The translations under genes were made by a program, and so were the position numbers. Positions 19,994 to 28,963 of a stretch of 64,000 bases of DNA are shown here, piece after piece. Source of the stretch: an uncultured Saprospiraceae bacterium (GTDB lineage: Bacteria; Bacteroidota; Bacteroidia; Chitinophagales; Saprospiraceae); contig CAZVFU010000005.1 in assembly GCA_964626595.1 (NCBI GenBank), positions 4,892 through 68,891 of the forward strand. Direction: 5' to 3'. Below the pieces are notes generated by a model. The model did not search any database, was not told where the DNA came from, and worked only from the letters and a program-made list of their open reading frames with translations. Numbering within the stretch: the first letter of the stretch is position 1; every line of letters starts with the position of its first letter.

Positions 19994-21859
19994 ATGGCAG
20001 CTGAAGTACAGCAAATTAATACGGACGAGCTCATAGAGAAGTACGGTCACGATGATCACTTTCACGAAGAAGAGCACGAATCACTCGATAAGTATCAGTC
20101 GAATTTTATTTCGCACTATATTTTTTCGATGGATCATAAAATGATCTCAAAGCAATTCCTGATTACCGGAATGATTTGGGCTTTTATAGGTGGTGCTATG
20201 TCACTTATTTTCCGGCTACAGCTCGGGTTTCCTGAGGAAAGTTTAGCTTGGTTGCAGCCCATATTGGGAAAATGGATTGTTATCAACGAAGCCGGAATAG
20301 GGACTTTGTCTCCTGATTTTTACTATGCACTAGTTACAATGCATGGTACGATATTGGTCTTTTTTGTACTAACTGCAGGCTTGTCTGGTACGTTTAGTAA
20401 CCTTTTAATTCCACTTCAGGTTGGAGCTAGAGATATGGCATCTCCATTTATGAATATGCTTTCATTTTGGTTTTTCTTTCTGGCCGGTGTCGTTATGTTT
20501 TTCTCACTCTTCGTAAGTACCGGGCCTTTTATGGGTGGTTGGGTTGCTTATCCTCCTTTATCTGCCCTTGAACAGGCATCTAGTGGATCTGGTGTCGGGA
20601 TGACACTATGGTTAGTTTCTTTGGCTCTATTTGTCGTTTCCATTTTACTCGGAGGTATTAATTATATTTCTACAGTATTGAATATGCGTACTAAAGGACT
20701 TAGTATGTGGAGATTGCCTCTTACCATTTGGGCATTTCTCATAACTGCGGTGATTGGTCTTTTGAGTTTCCCTGTGCTTTTTAGCGGTTTCTTACTGCTC
20801 ATTTTTGATAGAAGTTTTGGAACTAGTTTTTATCTAAGTGAAATTTTTATTGGAGGCGAGGCTTTGGATCACGTGGGAGGAAGCCCTATTCTTTATCAGC
20901 ATTTGTTTTGGTTTTTGGGGCACCCGGAAGTCTATATTATAGTTTTGCCAGCCTTCGGAATTGTTTCTGAAGTTCTTTCTGTGCATTCCCGCAAGCCTAT
21001 TTTTGGATATAAAGCGATGGTCTTTTCCATTCTAGCAATCGCCTTTTTAAGCTTTTTAGTTTGGGCCCATCACATGTTTATGGCGGGTATTAATCCGTTT
21101 ATTGCTATGATTTTTGTGATATTCACTTTGATCATCGCAGTTCCTTCAGCGGTTAAAGTCTTTAACTGGATTGCTACATTATACGGTGGGAATATTAGGT
21201 TTAATTCTGCCTCTTTATTTGCAATTGGTTTCGTTTCCATGTTTATTAGTGGTGGTTTGACTGGAATCTTTCTTGGAAATTCAGCTATCGATATCCAAAT
21301 GCATGACACCTATTTCGTGGTAGCTCACTTCCACATTGTAATGGGAGTTGCCGCCTTCTTTGGGATGTATGCCGGGATTTATCATTGGTTTCCCAAGATG
21401 TACAGCCGCTTTATGAATGAAACATTGGGGAAAATCCACTTTTGGGTTACCTTAATTGGTGCTTATGTTATCTTTTGGCCAATGCATTACTTAGGCATTG
21501 CTGGTGTTCCCCGAAGGTATTACAGCTTTGAAAACTTTAACGCATTTAATGATTTTGCAACGATGAATCAAGTGATTACGATTGCTGCAATAATTGTTTT
21601 CGCTGCGCAATTGGTCTTTGTAGTTAACTTTTTCTACAGTATTTGGAAAGGACGCCAGTTGAAAGTTCAGAATCCCTGGGGAGCAACTACACTTGAATGG
21701 ACTACTCCGATTAAGAATATTCATGGTAATTGGCCTGGAAAAATTCCAACAGTGCACCGTTGGTCTTACGATTATAGCAAAGAAGAAGGAAGTGAGGTTG
21801 ATTATATTCCCCAAGTTGTTCCTTTAGCTGAGGGCGAGAAAACAGATGGCGCACATTAA
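19994..21859 (+). CDS. ctaD: Cytochrome c oxidase subunit I
   Basis: 621 aa. Canonical heme-copper oxidase blocks are present: LFWFLGHPEVYIIVLPAFG, WAHHMF, HDTYFVVAHFHIVM. Confidence 0.97.
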   Translation: MAAEVQQINTDELIEKYGHDDHFHEEEHESLDKYQSNFISHYIFSMDHKMISKQFLITGMIWAFIGGAMSLIFRLQLGFPEESLAWLQPILGKWIVINEAGIGTLSPDFYYALVTMHGTILVFFVLTAGLSGTFSNLLIPLQVGARDMASPFMNMLSFWFFFLAGVVMFFSLFVSTGPFMGGWVAYPPLSALEQASSGSGVGMTLWLVSLALFVVSILLGGINYISTVLNMRTKGLSMWRLPLTIWAFLITAVIGLLSFPVLFSGFLLLIFDRSFGTSFYLSEIFIGGEALDHVGGSPILYQHLFWFLGHPEVYIIVLPAFGIVSEVLSVHSRKPIFGYKAMVFSILAIAFLSFLVWAHHMFMAGINPFIAMIFVIFTLIIAVPSAVKVFNWIATLYGGNIRFNSASLFAIGFVSMFISGGLTGIFLGNSAIDIQMHDTYFVVAHFHIVMGVAAFFGMYAGIYHWFPKMYSRFMNETLGKIHFWVTLIGAYVIFWPMHYLGIAGVPRRYYSFENFNAFNDFATMNQVITIAAIIVFAAQLVFVVNFFYSIWKGRQLKVQNPWGATTLEWTTPIKNIHGNWPGKIPTVHRWSYDYSKEEGSEVDYIPQVVPLAEGEKTDGAH

Positions 21860-21876
21860 TCTGAAAGTAGTAAGTA

Positions 21877-22797
21877 GTGGAAACGAATCGTTCAATTTTT
21901 CATAACTCGAAATGGAATCAAATCCATCAAATCATAGTGTCTAACACAATGGTGCTGGCGGAGTTATTTAAACTTCGATTGAGTCTTCTCGTTGTTTTTT
22001 CTTCTGTAATGGGAGCAATAATAGTGGGCGGTTTGTCGGTTCTTAGCTTTTTTGAATTTGTGTTGCTTTTTTCTGGTGGGCTTTTGACAAGTGGCAGTGG
22101 ATCGGCAGTTAACCAACTTTTGGAAAAGGATACGGATAAGCTTATGGCGAGGACAAAGGGTCGTCCTTTAGCTACTGATACCATGGGCGTATCATCGGCA
22201 TTATTGATTATTGGAATAAGCCTGTGTTTGGGTTTACTTGCTTTATACCTCTTAAGTCCTTTGGCTGCTATTATTTCTACCTTGGCATGGATTCTGTATG
22301 GATTCGTTTATACTCCGATGAAGAAAATGTCTCCTTTTGCAGTCTTTGTTGGGGCTATTCCTGGAGCACTCCCTGTTTTAATTGGCAGTGTGGCTGTAGA
22401 AGGGCATATCAGTTTTCTAGCGTTCATCTTGTTTGCCATACAGTTTATTTGGCAGTTTCCTCACTTTTGGGCTATCGCCTGGGTCGCAGACTCAGATTAT
22501 AAAAGAGCGGGCTTTAAGCTTTTACCAAATGTAAATAGTACCAAGGATGAGTCTGTTGCCTGGCAATGTTTTGTTTACTCATTACTTCTGGTCCCAGTTT
22601 CTTTAGTCTTGTGGTATAATGGGTTTTTGTCTTTAGTTGGCTTGTCAGTTTTTAATATGTTCAATGTAGCGTACATTTTTTATTCATGGCAATTATATAG
22701 TCATGTCACTGATGATGCAGCGAAAAAGCTTATGTTTTACTCATTTCTTTATCTACCGTTGGTTCTATTGTCCCTGAGTTTTTTAATTATCGAATAA
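21877..22797 (+). CDS. cyoE: Protoheme IX farnesyltransferase (heme O synthase)
   Basis: It is a UbiA-family polytopic protein with GSAVNQLLEKDTDKLMARTKGRPL and a second motif FIWQFPHFWAIAW. The start is uncertain (GTG 21877 or ATG 21949). Confidence 0.9.
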   Translation: METNRSIFHNSKWNQIHQIIVSNTMVLAELFKLRLSLLVVFSSVMGAIIVGGLSVLSFFEFVLLFSGGLLTSGSGSAVNQLLEKDTDKLMARTKGRPLATDTMGVSSALLIIGISLCLGLLALYLLSPLAAIISTLAWILYGFVYTPMKKMSPFAVFVGAIPGALPVLIGSVAVEGHISFLAFILFAIQFIWQFPHFWAIAWVADSDYKRAGFKLLPNVNSTKDESVAWQCFVYSLLLVPVSLVLWYNGFLSLVGLSVFNMFNVAYIFYSWQLYSHVTDDAAKKLMFYSFLYLPLVLLSLSFLIIE

Positions 22798-22798
22798 C

Positions 22799-23380
22799 AT
22801 GGATACGAGTTTATCAACAAGACGGGAATCGCTATACAAATACAATACGAATAAATTTAGTTTGTATATAGCGTTAGGCAGTATTGTCATGATGTTTACA
22901 GCTTTCACCTCTGCTTACATAGTAAGGCAGTCGGCTGGGAATTGGCTTGAATTCCCACTTCCTGATCTCTTCTATATTAGTACGGGTATCATATTATTTA
23001 GTAGTTTAACACTGCACTTAAGCTACAATAGTTTTAAAAGGGCTAGTGAGAACCTGTATAAAGTTCTGTTGCTTGTAAGTTTCATCTTGGGAATTGGCTT
23101 TGTCATTTCTCAATATTATGCCTGGATGGAGCTGTATGCAATGGGGATTGATCTCAAACGCAATCCTTCGGGTGCTTTTGTTTATGTAATATCCGGCGCT
23201 CATGCAGCCCACGTGCTTGGAGGCATCGCTACATTAATAGTAGCTCTCATTCATGCATTTGTTCTTCCATTTCGAGTAACGGATAAAAGAAAAAATAGAT
23301 TTCAATTAGTGCTCATTTATTGGCATTTTGTTGATTTTCTATGGATATATTTGCTATTGTTTTTTTCTCTACAGAGATAG
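22799..23380 (+). CDS. Cytochrome c oxidase subunit III-like protein (short form)
   Basis: 193 aa with 5 TM helices. It has a C-terminal Cox3 signature (YWHFVDFLWIYLLLFF) and starts 1 nt after the cyoE stop. Confidence 0.75.
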   Translation: MDTSLSTRRESLYKYNTNKFSLYIALGSIVMMFTAFTSAYIVRQSAGNWLEFPLPDLFYISTGIILFSSLTLHLSYNSFKRASENLYKVLLLVSFILGIGFVISQYYAWMELYAMGIDLKRNPSGAFVYVISGAHAAHVLGGIATLIVALIHAFVLPFRVTDKRKNRFQLVLIYWHFVDFLWIYLLLFFSLQR

Positions 23381-23400
23381 ATACAAACTAAAACACAACA

Positions 23401-24237
23401 ATGTCAGAAGAACTACTACAAACTACTGAAGAAAAAGAGCAAGAAAATTGGTCAGGAGGAGAGTCTCCTTTTAAGACTTCTTATGGAAAACTCATGATGT
23501 GGTATTTCCTCTTGTCTGATGCATTTACTTTTGCAGGTTTGCTGATTGCTTACGGTGCGCTGCGATTTAGTAATCCAACCTGGCCGGTTCCGGATTTTGT
23601 TTTTTCCACTGCTCCTTTTGGAGTCACAGGAGCTCCCTTAATATTTGTTACCATTATGTCTTTTGTTCTGATCATTAGTTCTGGAACAATGGTTCGAGCC
23701 GTGCAGGAAGGAGCTAGAGAGAATAAAAATGGAGTGGTTTTCTGGCTTTTGATGACCGTTTTCGGTGGCTTAGCTTTTTTAGGTTGTCAGGCATGGGAGT
23801 GGAATAATCTTATTGCAGAAGAGCATATGACTATTTTTACCAATCCATTTGGCACCCATACTGAAGATGGCGTTTATTTAGAGGGGGACGGGCACTATAT
23901 TCAAGAAGGAGACGAGTTCAAGGCCGGAGAATCCTATTTAATTCATAAACACCACGGGGATTGGGATCCACTTTCATTTAAAACGGAGTCTGGTATAGTA
24001 AAGCAACAAGAGTTTGGACCAAAGGCATTCGGGGCCTTATTCTTTTTCATTACGGGTTTCCACGGCTTCCACGTTTTTTCTGGAGTCGTTTTTCTATTCA
24101 TTATTATGCTTAATGTCGCCAGTGGTTTATATGTAGAGCGTAAGAATGGTTATGAAATGGTAGAAAAAGTCGGTCTGTATTGGCACTTTGTAGATCTCGT
24201 GTGGGTATTTGTTTTTCTCGTATTTTATCTCTTATAA
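23401..24237 (+). CDS. ctaE: Cytochrome c oxidase subunit III
   Basis: 278 aa. It contains FFFITGFHGFHVFSGV and YWHFVDLVWVFVFLVFY, which are typical of Cox3. Confidence 0.85.
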   Translation: MSEELLQTTEEKEQENWSGGESPFKTSYGKLMMWYFLLSDAFTFAGLLIAYGALRFSNPTWPVPDFVFSTAPFGVTGAPLIFVTIMSFVLIISSGTMVRAVQEGARENKNGVVFWLLMTVFGGLAFLGCQAWEWNNLIAEEHMTIFTNPFGTHTEDGVYLEGDGHYIQEGDEFKAGESYLIHKHHGDWDPLSFKTESGIVKQQEFGPKAFGALFFFITGFHGFHVFSGVVFLFIIMLNVASGLYVERKNGYEMVEKVGLYWHFVDLVWVFVFLVFYLL

Positions 24238-24251
24238 AAAAACAGCTAATT

Positions 24252-24674
24252 ATGGAAATGTCAAGAGCTGAAGGCATAAGTAAAGTTAAGAAAGGTCTTT
24301 TATTACTTGGTGCGGTTACAGTCGCAGAAGTCCTTATTTCTCTTTTGGGAAAAGGATATCTTATTCCGGGTTTGGAAGAGTATAGTATTCTATTTGCTTT
24401 TACAGGGCTGGCGATGATTTTGCTTTCTTTGTACAAGGCCTACTTTATCGTATATGAGTTTATGCACCTTCGCTATGAAGTGAAGGGAATGGCTCTTACT
24501 ATCCTTCTTCCTACTATGCTACTCATTTGGGGGCTTATTGCTTTTCTTTGGGAAGGGAATACCTGGGGAGATCGCAGAGAAGAAGTGAAGTATGAAATTT
24601 CTGAAGAAGTAGATCAACAGCTTAAGGAATCTGAAGGTGAGCCTGTAAAAGAACTGAATACAGATGAACATTAA
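24252..24674 (+). CDS. Cytochrome c oxidase subunit IV family protein (bacterial type)
   Basis: It is a small protein with 3 TM helices and KAYFIVYEFMHLRYE, which resembles the prokaryotic COX4 motif. I chose ATG 24252 because the track ORF start (24180) overlaps ctaE. Confidence 0.75.
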   Translation: MEMSRAEGISKVKKGLLLLGAVTVAEVLISLLGKGYLIPGLEEYSILFAFTGLAMILLSLYKAYFIVYEFMHLRYEVKGMALTILLPTMLLIWGLIAFLWEGNTWGDRREEVKYEISEEVDQQLKESEGEPVKELNTDEH

Positions 24675-24697
24675 GACATGTTTCTTATTTCTTCATT

Positions 24698-25279
24698 ATG
24701 TCAGATAAAAGAAGCACTCTTCAGCGCAGTTTGCGCACTTTAGGTTTATTATCTCTTTTAGTAATTTTCCCCTTGACCAGTTGGTATTTTCTTCAAACTG
24801 GCCTGAACTTTACTAAAGATAAATATGATAAAATGGAAGAGTTGGCTCATGTCGATTCTTTTGTGATGTACCCTTTATTTGGAGACTCCATTACCAATCA
24901 AACCATAATTGGGCGCATGTCCATTATAGCCAATCCAGGCAGTTCTTCCCGCTTTCTCGACTCTCTTTCATTGATACACGAAGACTTGGTTGAAGAGGAA
25001 TGGGTTTGGCTCTTTATTTTGAATGGAAAAGATGTAGTTGAGGATAAGTCAGTGTTTTCTTTATATCCTTTTTTAGTGGATTCTTCGGCTGTAAAACTTG
25101 TTAATGGGTTTCAATATAAAGAAGGGACTGGAATGTTTAGTGAGGATATTGAGTTCAAACCTTATGAATTGGGTTTGATTGACACTAAAGGGGTGTTGCG
25201 ATATAAATATGATATCAGAAAACAGGATCAGCTGGATCTTTTCATTAGTCACCTTGTTCTTTTAGTTCCTAAAGAGTAG
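24698..25279 (+). CDS. Membrane-anchored protein at the SCO/SenC position of the oxidase operon; SCO-like spacing but no Cys
   Basis: 193 aa with one N-terminal TM helix. The layout loosely resembles thioredoxin-fold SCO proteins (GRMSIIANPGSSS where CxxxC is expected; LIDTKGVLRYKY near the C-terminus). The protein contains no cysteine. Confidence 0.45.
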   Translation: MSDKRSTLQRSLRTLGLLSLLVIFPLTSWYFLQTGLNFTKDKYDKMEELAHVDSFVMYPLFGDSITNQTIIGRMSIIANPGSSSRFLDSLSLIHEDLVEEEWVWLFILNGKDVVEDKSVFSLYPFLVDSSAVKLVNGFQYKEGTGMFSEDIEFKPYELGLIDTKGVLRYKYDIRKQDQLDLFISHLVLLVPKE

Positions 25280-25284
25280 ATTTT

Positions 25285-25821
25285 ATGGATTCGCCTAAGC
25301 CCAATATTCAGTTAGCACGGAAATTAGAGCTTTATGCTACTATTTTTTCGATTGCTGTTCTTTTATTAGTTATTGCTATGAGGTATGTATCCCTGGATAT
25401 ATCTCTCGATGTTATGATATTACCTCCGTTCCATGCCATTATTAATACCCTGACAGCACTTTGTTTGATATTAGCCTTATTTTTTGTTAAGCGAGGGAAT
25501 ATTAAAAAGCATATGCAATCTAATATTTTAGCTTTAGTCTTCAGCGCTATTTTTTTAGTTTCCTATGTAGTTTATCACGTATCCACAGAGCCAACTACTT
25601 ACGGAGGTGAAGGGTATATTCGGATATTGTATTATGTTCTTTTAGCAACGCATGTTTTCTTAGCCGCGGCTAGTCTCCCTTTCATACTATTTACCTTTAT
25701 CCGAGCTTACACCGGACAGGTAGACCGCCATAAAAAAATGGCTAGATGGGTTTTTCCCGTTTGGTTGTATGTAGCTATTACCGGTCCGATTTGCTACCTT
25801 ATGCTAGCTCCTTATTATTGA
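25285..25821 (+). CDS. DUF420 family membrane protein (CtaM-like, oxidase-associated)
   Basis: 178 aa with 4 TM helices. It contains PPFHAIINTLTALCL, KRGNIKKHM, FLVSYVVYH and THVFLAAASLP, which fit the DUF420 pattern, and it sits in an oxidase operon. Confidence 0.75.
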   Translation: MDSPKPNIQLARKLELYATIFSIAVLLLVIAMRYVSLDISLDVMILPPFHAIINTLTALCLILALFFVKRGNIKKHMQSNILALVFSAIFLVSYVVYHVSTEPTTYGGEGYIRILYYVLLATHVFLAAASLPFILFTFIRAYTGQVDRHKKMARWVFPVWLYVAITGPICYLMLAPYY

Positions 25822-25852
25822 ACTCTACCTTAGTTGAAATCGTTATACTACC

Positions 25853-26110
25853 ATGAAAAAGATGAGTAAATTTCTGTTGGGATTATTTTTGGTGATCAGT
25901 CTATCACTTGTAAATACAACTCAGGTAGAGAGTCAGTGTCCTATGTGTAGAATGAGTGCCGAGAGCAATTTGAAGGAAGGAGGATCTGCCGGCAAAGGCC
26001 TCAATAAAGGCATTTTTGTTTTACTTGCCACGCCCTATGTTATTGTGGGTGCCATTGGGTTTGTTTGGTACCGAAATCGCAGGCGTAAAGTCACAGAGTC
26101 AGTGGACTGA
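25853..26110 (+). CDS. Small bitopic membrane protein with a periplasm-facing CPMC motif
   Basis: 85 aa. It has a signal peptide, a QCPMCRMSAESNLKEGG segment, one TM helix (IFVLLATPYVIVGAIGFVWY) and a basic tail RNRRRK. It is the last co-oriented ORF of the cluster. Confidence 0.5.
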   Translation: MKKMSKFLLGLFLVISLSLVNTTQVESQCPMCRMSAESNLKEGGSAGKGLNKGIFVLLATPYVIVGAIGFVWYRNRRRKVTESVD

Positions 26111-26151
26111 TTTTGTGTTCATTACTGCGATTACTTACCTACCTATTTCTA

Positions 26152-26688
26152 TTATTGGAGAGTATAGCGTACTGCAAAACCTCCAAGGTTTAGTTTTAAA
26201 CCTCTTCCCGTATCAAAGAATGCCCTATTGCTTCCAATTTCAAATGTTGGCATGATGTCAAAGCTTATATTTAAGGGGATGTCATCAAATTTATAATCTA
26301 AACCTATAACACCCGTGACGCCAAAAAAGACAATATTATCAAAATTGCGGAAGTTGTCAAATCCTACCAATCCTCCAACTCCCCAATACCATCTCAAGTT
26401 GTCTAACTCCTCAATGGCATCTAAATCATAATGTACTTGATAGCTGGCAGCTATTCTGGTTGTGCTCCAACCTGATAAACCTCTTCCACGATAACTCACT
26501 ATTCCTTCGAGGGCATGATTGTTGCTTATAAAGTGTTTTCCAGTCGCATTTAACCCCCAACCTAACCTCAATCCGATAGCTGAGGTATAAGCTCTACTAT
26601 CCGATTTTTGACTATATAATTGGGAAGTAGAGAGTACGGAAAGCAATAGAGATACTGCTAAAATTGGGATTAACTTTTTCATATCCAT
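26152..26688 (-). CDS. Small outer-membrane beta-barrel protein (porin-family-like)
   Basis: 178 aa. It has a signal peptide, alternating hydrophobic beta-strand pattern (IGLRLGWG, EGIVSY, GVGGLVGF) and a C-terminal aromatic-rich strand AVRYTLQ. Confidence 0.6.
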   Translation of the reverse strand: MDMKKLIPILAVSLLLSVLSTSQLYSQKSDSRAYTSAIGLRLGWGLNATGKHFISNNHALEGIVSYRGRGLSGWSTTRIAASYQVHYDLDAIEELDNLRWYWGVGGLVGFDNFRNFDNIVFFGVTGVIGLDYKFDDIPLNISFDIMPTFEIGSNRAFFDTGRGLKLNLGGFAVRYTLQ

Positions 26689-26886
26689 CTAAATTTTGAT
26701 TAGCTATAAATATATGTATAAAAATTTAGGAAAGGTCTTGTTTTTGCTTTAATTTTCAGAGTTTAGTTTGAATTTGCTATTTTTACAATAGTGAATTTTT
26801 TGGGATGCATTGATTAAAAGTATGCCTAAATCAATTCTTTTTGGTCCCTATAGTTTTGATAAATTAGACTTCATGTCCTCTAATCC

Positions 26887-27207
26887 ATGGAAAATAAAGT
26901 TAGACTTAAAATCGCTGGCCTTTTACTGTTTTACATTTTTTCCATTGTATTACTTTTTTTGCCACCTGATTACTTTGATTCCGGGCAGTCAATTTGTGTA
27001 TCTGTTTTGCTCTTTGACATTCAATGCTATGCTTGTGGATTAACTCGAGCCATTCAACATCTCATTCATTTTGAGTTTCAAGAGGCTTTTGCTCTGAATC
27101 GTCTCGTAGTCATTGTGTTTCCTCTCATCGTTTATTTAGTTCTATTTGAAACCTTCAAAGTTTATAAAGAGTATAAGGGGATTTCGGGGGCTAAGCAAAG
27201 AAAATAG
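26887..27207 (+). CDS. DUF2752 domain membrane protein
   Basis: 106 aa. The Cys pattern C...CYACGLTRA followed by hydrophobic helices is characteristic of DUF2752. Confidence 0.7.
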   Translation: MENKVRLKIAGLLLFYIFSIVLLFLPPDYFDSGQSICVSVLLFDIQCYACGLTRAIQHLIHFEFQEAFALNRLVVIVFPLIVYLVLFETFKVYKEYKGISGAKQRK

Positions 27208-27448
27208 AAGAGGAGATCCCTTCTTCCACAGAATATGGCTTTCTTTTTCCTTAGTTCCAGAAATATATAAAAAATCACCAGGGCCGCCTATTCTCTTATT
27301 TTTTTTCCAAGTGAGTGTATGATCTTATTTCTATTGATGTGAAGCACGATTAAACTGCATCAATTATTTCTTTCCTGCAAGTAGGGAGCCATTGACTGGT
27401 ATGTTATATTTCCCGGCTATATTTTGAATTCGGAAAATTCTCAAATAC

Positions 27449-27483
27449 AAAAAAAGGCCACTGGAATTCAGTGGCCTTTTTTT
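27449..27483. terminator. Bidirectional Rho-independent terminator
   Basis: An 8-bp stem GGCCACTG / CAGTGGCC (27456-27476) has a 5-nt loop, an A-run on the left and a T-run on the right. It lies between the convergent DUF2752 and TM2 genes. Confidence 0.7.
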
Positions 27484-27502
27484 AAAAGCTATGTGACAGA
27501 TA

Positions 27503-27949
27503 TTAGAACTTGCCAGTCAAAATGTTTATCAAGTCGACTAAGGCCCAAATACCACACCCACCAAGTGTAAGAATAAAAAGTATATTCCAACCTGCGGGTT
27601 TTCCTCTATACCATCTATGGGCGGCAAATCCACCTAAGAAAAACCACAAAGCTAAAGTAATCCACATTTCATTGTCATCAGCAGCGCTATCTGTGATTCC
27701 GATAACCTGAGCAACTTTGTGAACGGCCTTGACTGACTTTTTCTTAACCCATGAGAAGAGTTTTCCAAACCCTTTCTTTTCGTTTTTAGCATAATGAGCC
27801 TGGTTTAATTCCAAAGCAGCCGGGGCATAAGTTTGCTCCATGACGGGCTCTATACCGTTTTCAGTAATTGTGTTGTTGTTTTCTGCAAATCCCAGGGAAG
27901 CAAGAAAAAACAGTAAAGCAGTGACAAAGAATAGTTTCTGTTGGTTCAT
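27503..27949 (-). CDS. TM2 domain-containing membrane protein
   Basis: 148 aa. The C-terminal part FLGGFAAHRWYRGK...LTLGGCGIWALVD matches the TM2 domain signature, and there is an N-terminal signal peptide. Confidence 0.75.
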   Translation of the reverse strand: MNQQKLFFVTALLFFLASLGFAENNNTITENGIEPVMEQTYAPAALELNQAHYAKNEKKGFGKLFSWVKKKSVKAVHKVAQVIGITDSAADDNEMWITLALWFFLGGFAAHRWYRGKPAGWNILFILTLGGCGIWALVDLINILTGKF

Positions 27950-28134
27950 AATTTGAAATTTTAGTTTACCGAATGTAATAAAAGATTTATCAAATTAAAA
28001 AGAAACCTTCTATTTTGTGAATTAAATTTTTCTAGTTAGGCATAGTTGTCATTTTCAGGAGGTAATTATCACGATTTCCTATATCTAATCTCACTATGCC
28101 CCTCCAATCTTTACATGATATCAGGAACTGTTTA

Positions 28135-28653
28135 TTATAATGACAATAGATAAAAACCACCTACGCGAATTTGCATGTAATTTAGACTTCCCTCTGTTAG
28201 GATCAGATTAAATGGAATATTTGCTGTGAGACCAATTTCGTCTGTCAACATATAGGAGCCGTATACTCTTGGCGAAAATCCCAATTCAGAGTTTCCGCTG
28301 CCGCTGTATAAGCCTAAACCGAGACCTGCTCCAATTTGAAGTGCTTCCTTTTCATAAAACTTATAACGGCCTACAGCGATAACCTCGGTGAGCGTAAAAT
28401 CCGCGTCAAATGAACCGAAGATTGTGTTGACGGAAGAATTGAATGTTGTACCACCAATTTCTAAACCTGCAGATAATTCTTCCGAGATTCCGTAATATCC
28501 ATTAATATTCCAGGCAAATCCACCTCCGTAGGCATCGCCGATGTCTCCTACAGGAATACCTGCACCTAAATTTAAACCAACCTCAATTTCTTGAGCTATA
28601 GAAGTGGCTGATAAGCAAAACAAGGCCGCGAATGTAAGTAATAGATTTTTCAT
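28135..28653 (-). CDS. Small outer-membrane beta-barrel protein (porin-family-like)
   Basis: 172 aa. It has a signal peptide, Gly-rich alternating strands (GLNLGAGIPVG, GLGLGLYSG) and a C-terminal RVGGFYLLSL. Confidence 0.6.
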   Translation of the reverse strand: MKNLLLTFAALFCLSATSIAQEIEVGLNLGAGIPVGDIGDAYGGGFAWNINGYYGISEELSAGLEIGGTTFNSSVNTIFGSFDADFTLTEVIAVGRYKFYEKEALQIGAGLGLGLYSGSGNSELGFSPRVYGSYMLTDEIGLTANIPFNLILTEGSLNYMQIRVGGFYLLSL

Positions 28654-28963
28654 AATTCTAAAGTTTTTTGGTTTAGACTAAGATAAGGATTTTTTGCCTT
28701 TTTATAGTGTTTCAACAGTAATAGTTGGTTTCGTCAATTCGTGATTATCACTTTAAAATTATTAAACACAAGTGGTTCGGCCCCCTATCATCCACCTTGC
28801 GTTATTTTGAAATATCGCTCAAGTTCGAGGGTTGGCCTTATAATAGGAAGTTGATTTATAATTTATTATAATTTCAAATCCTATCTATCTTGTAAAGTTT
28901 ATGAATAATGCGGGTCAATTACTCTTTCTGATGTTGATGGGGATCACCAAATCAGTACTTTCT

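Noticed and set aside
24180-24251. The 5' extension of the subunit IV ORF (track start 24180). Similar extensions occur on the DUF3810 ORF (31039-31128), trxA (31075-31146), folD (43832-43861) and the sigma factor (55637-55663).
   Set aside because: The extensions overlap the preceding or opposing gene or add non-homologous residues. Internal ATG or GTG starts give proteins of canonical length and N-termini.
26810-27043. A 77-aa ORF overlapping the DUF2752 gene in another frame.
   Set aside because: The overlapping 26887-27207 frame carries the recognisable DUF2752 Cys motif, whereas this frame has no features and is probably an AT-rich chance ORF.
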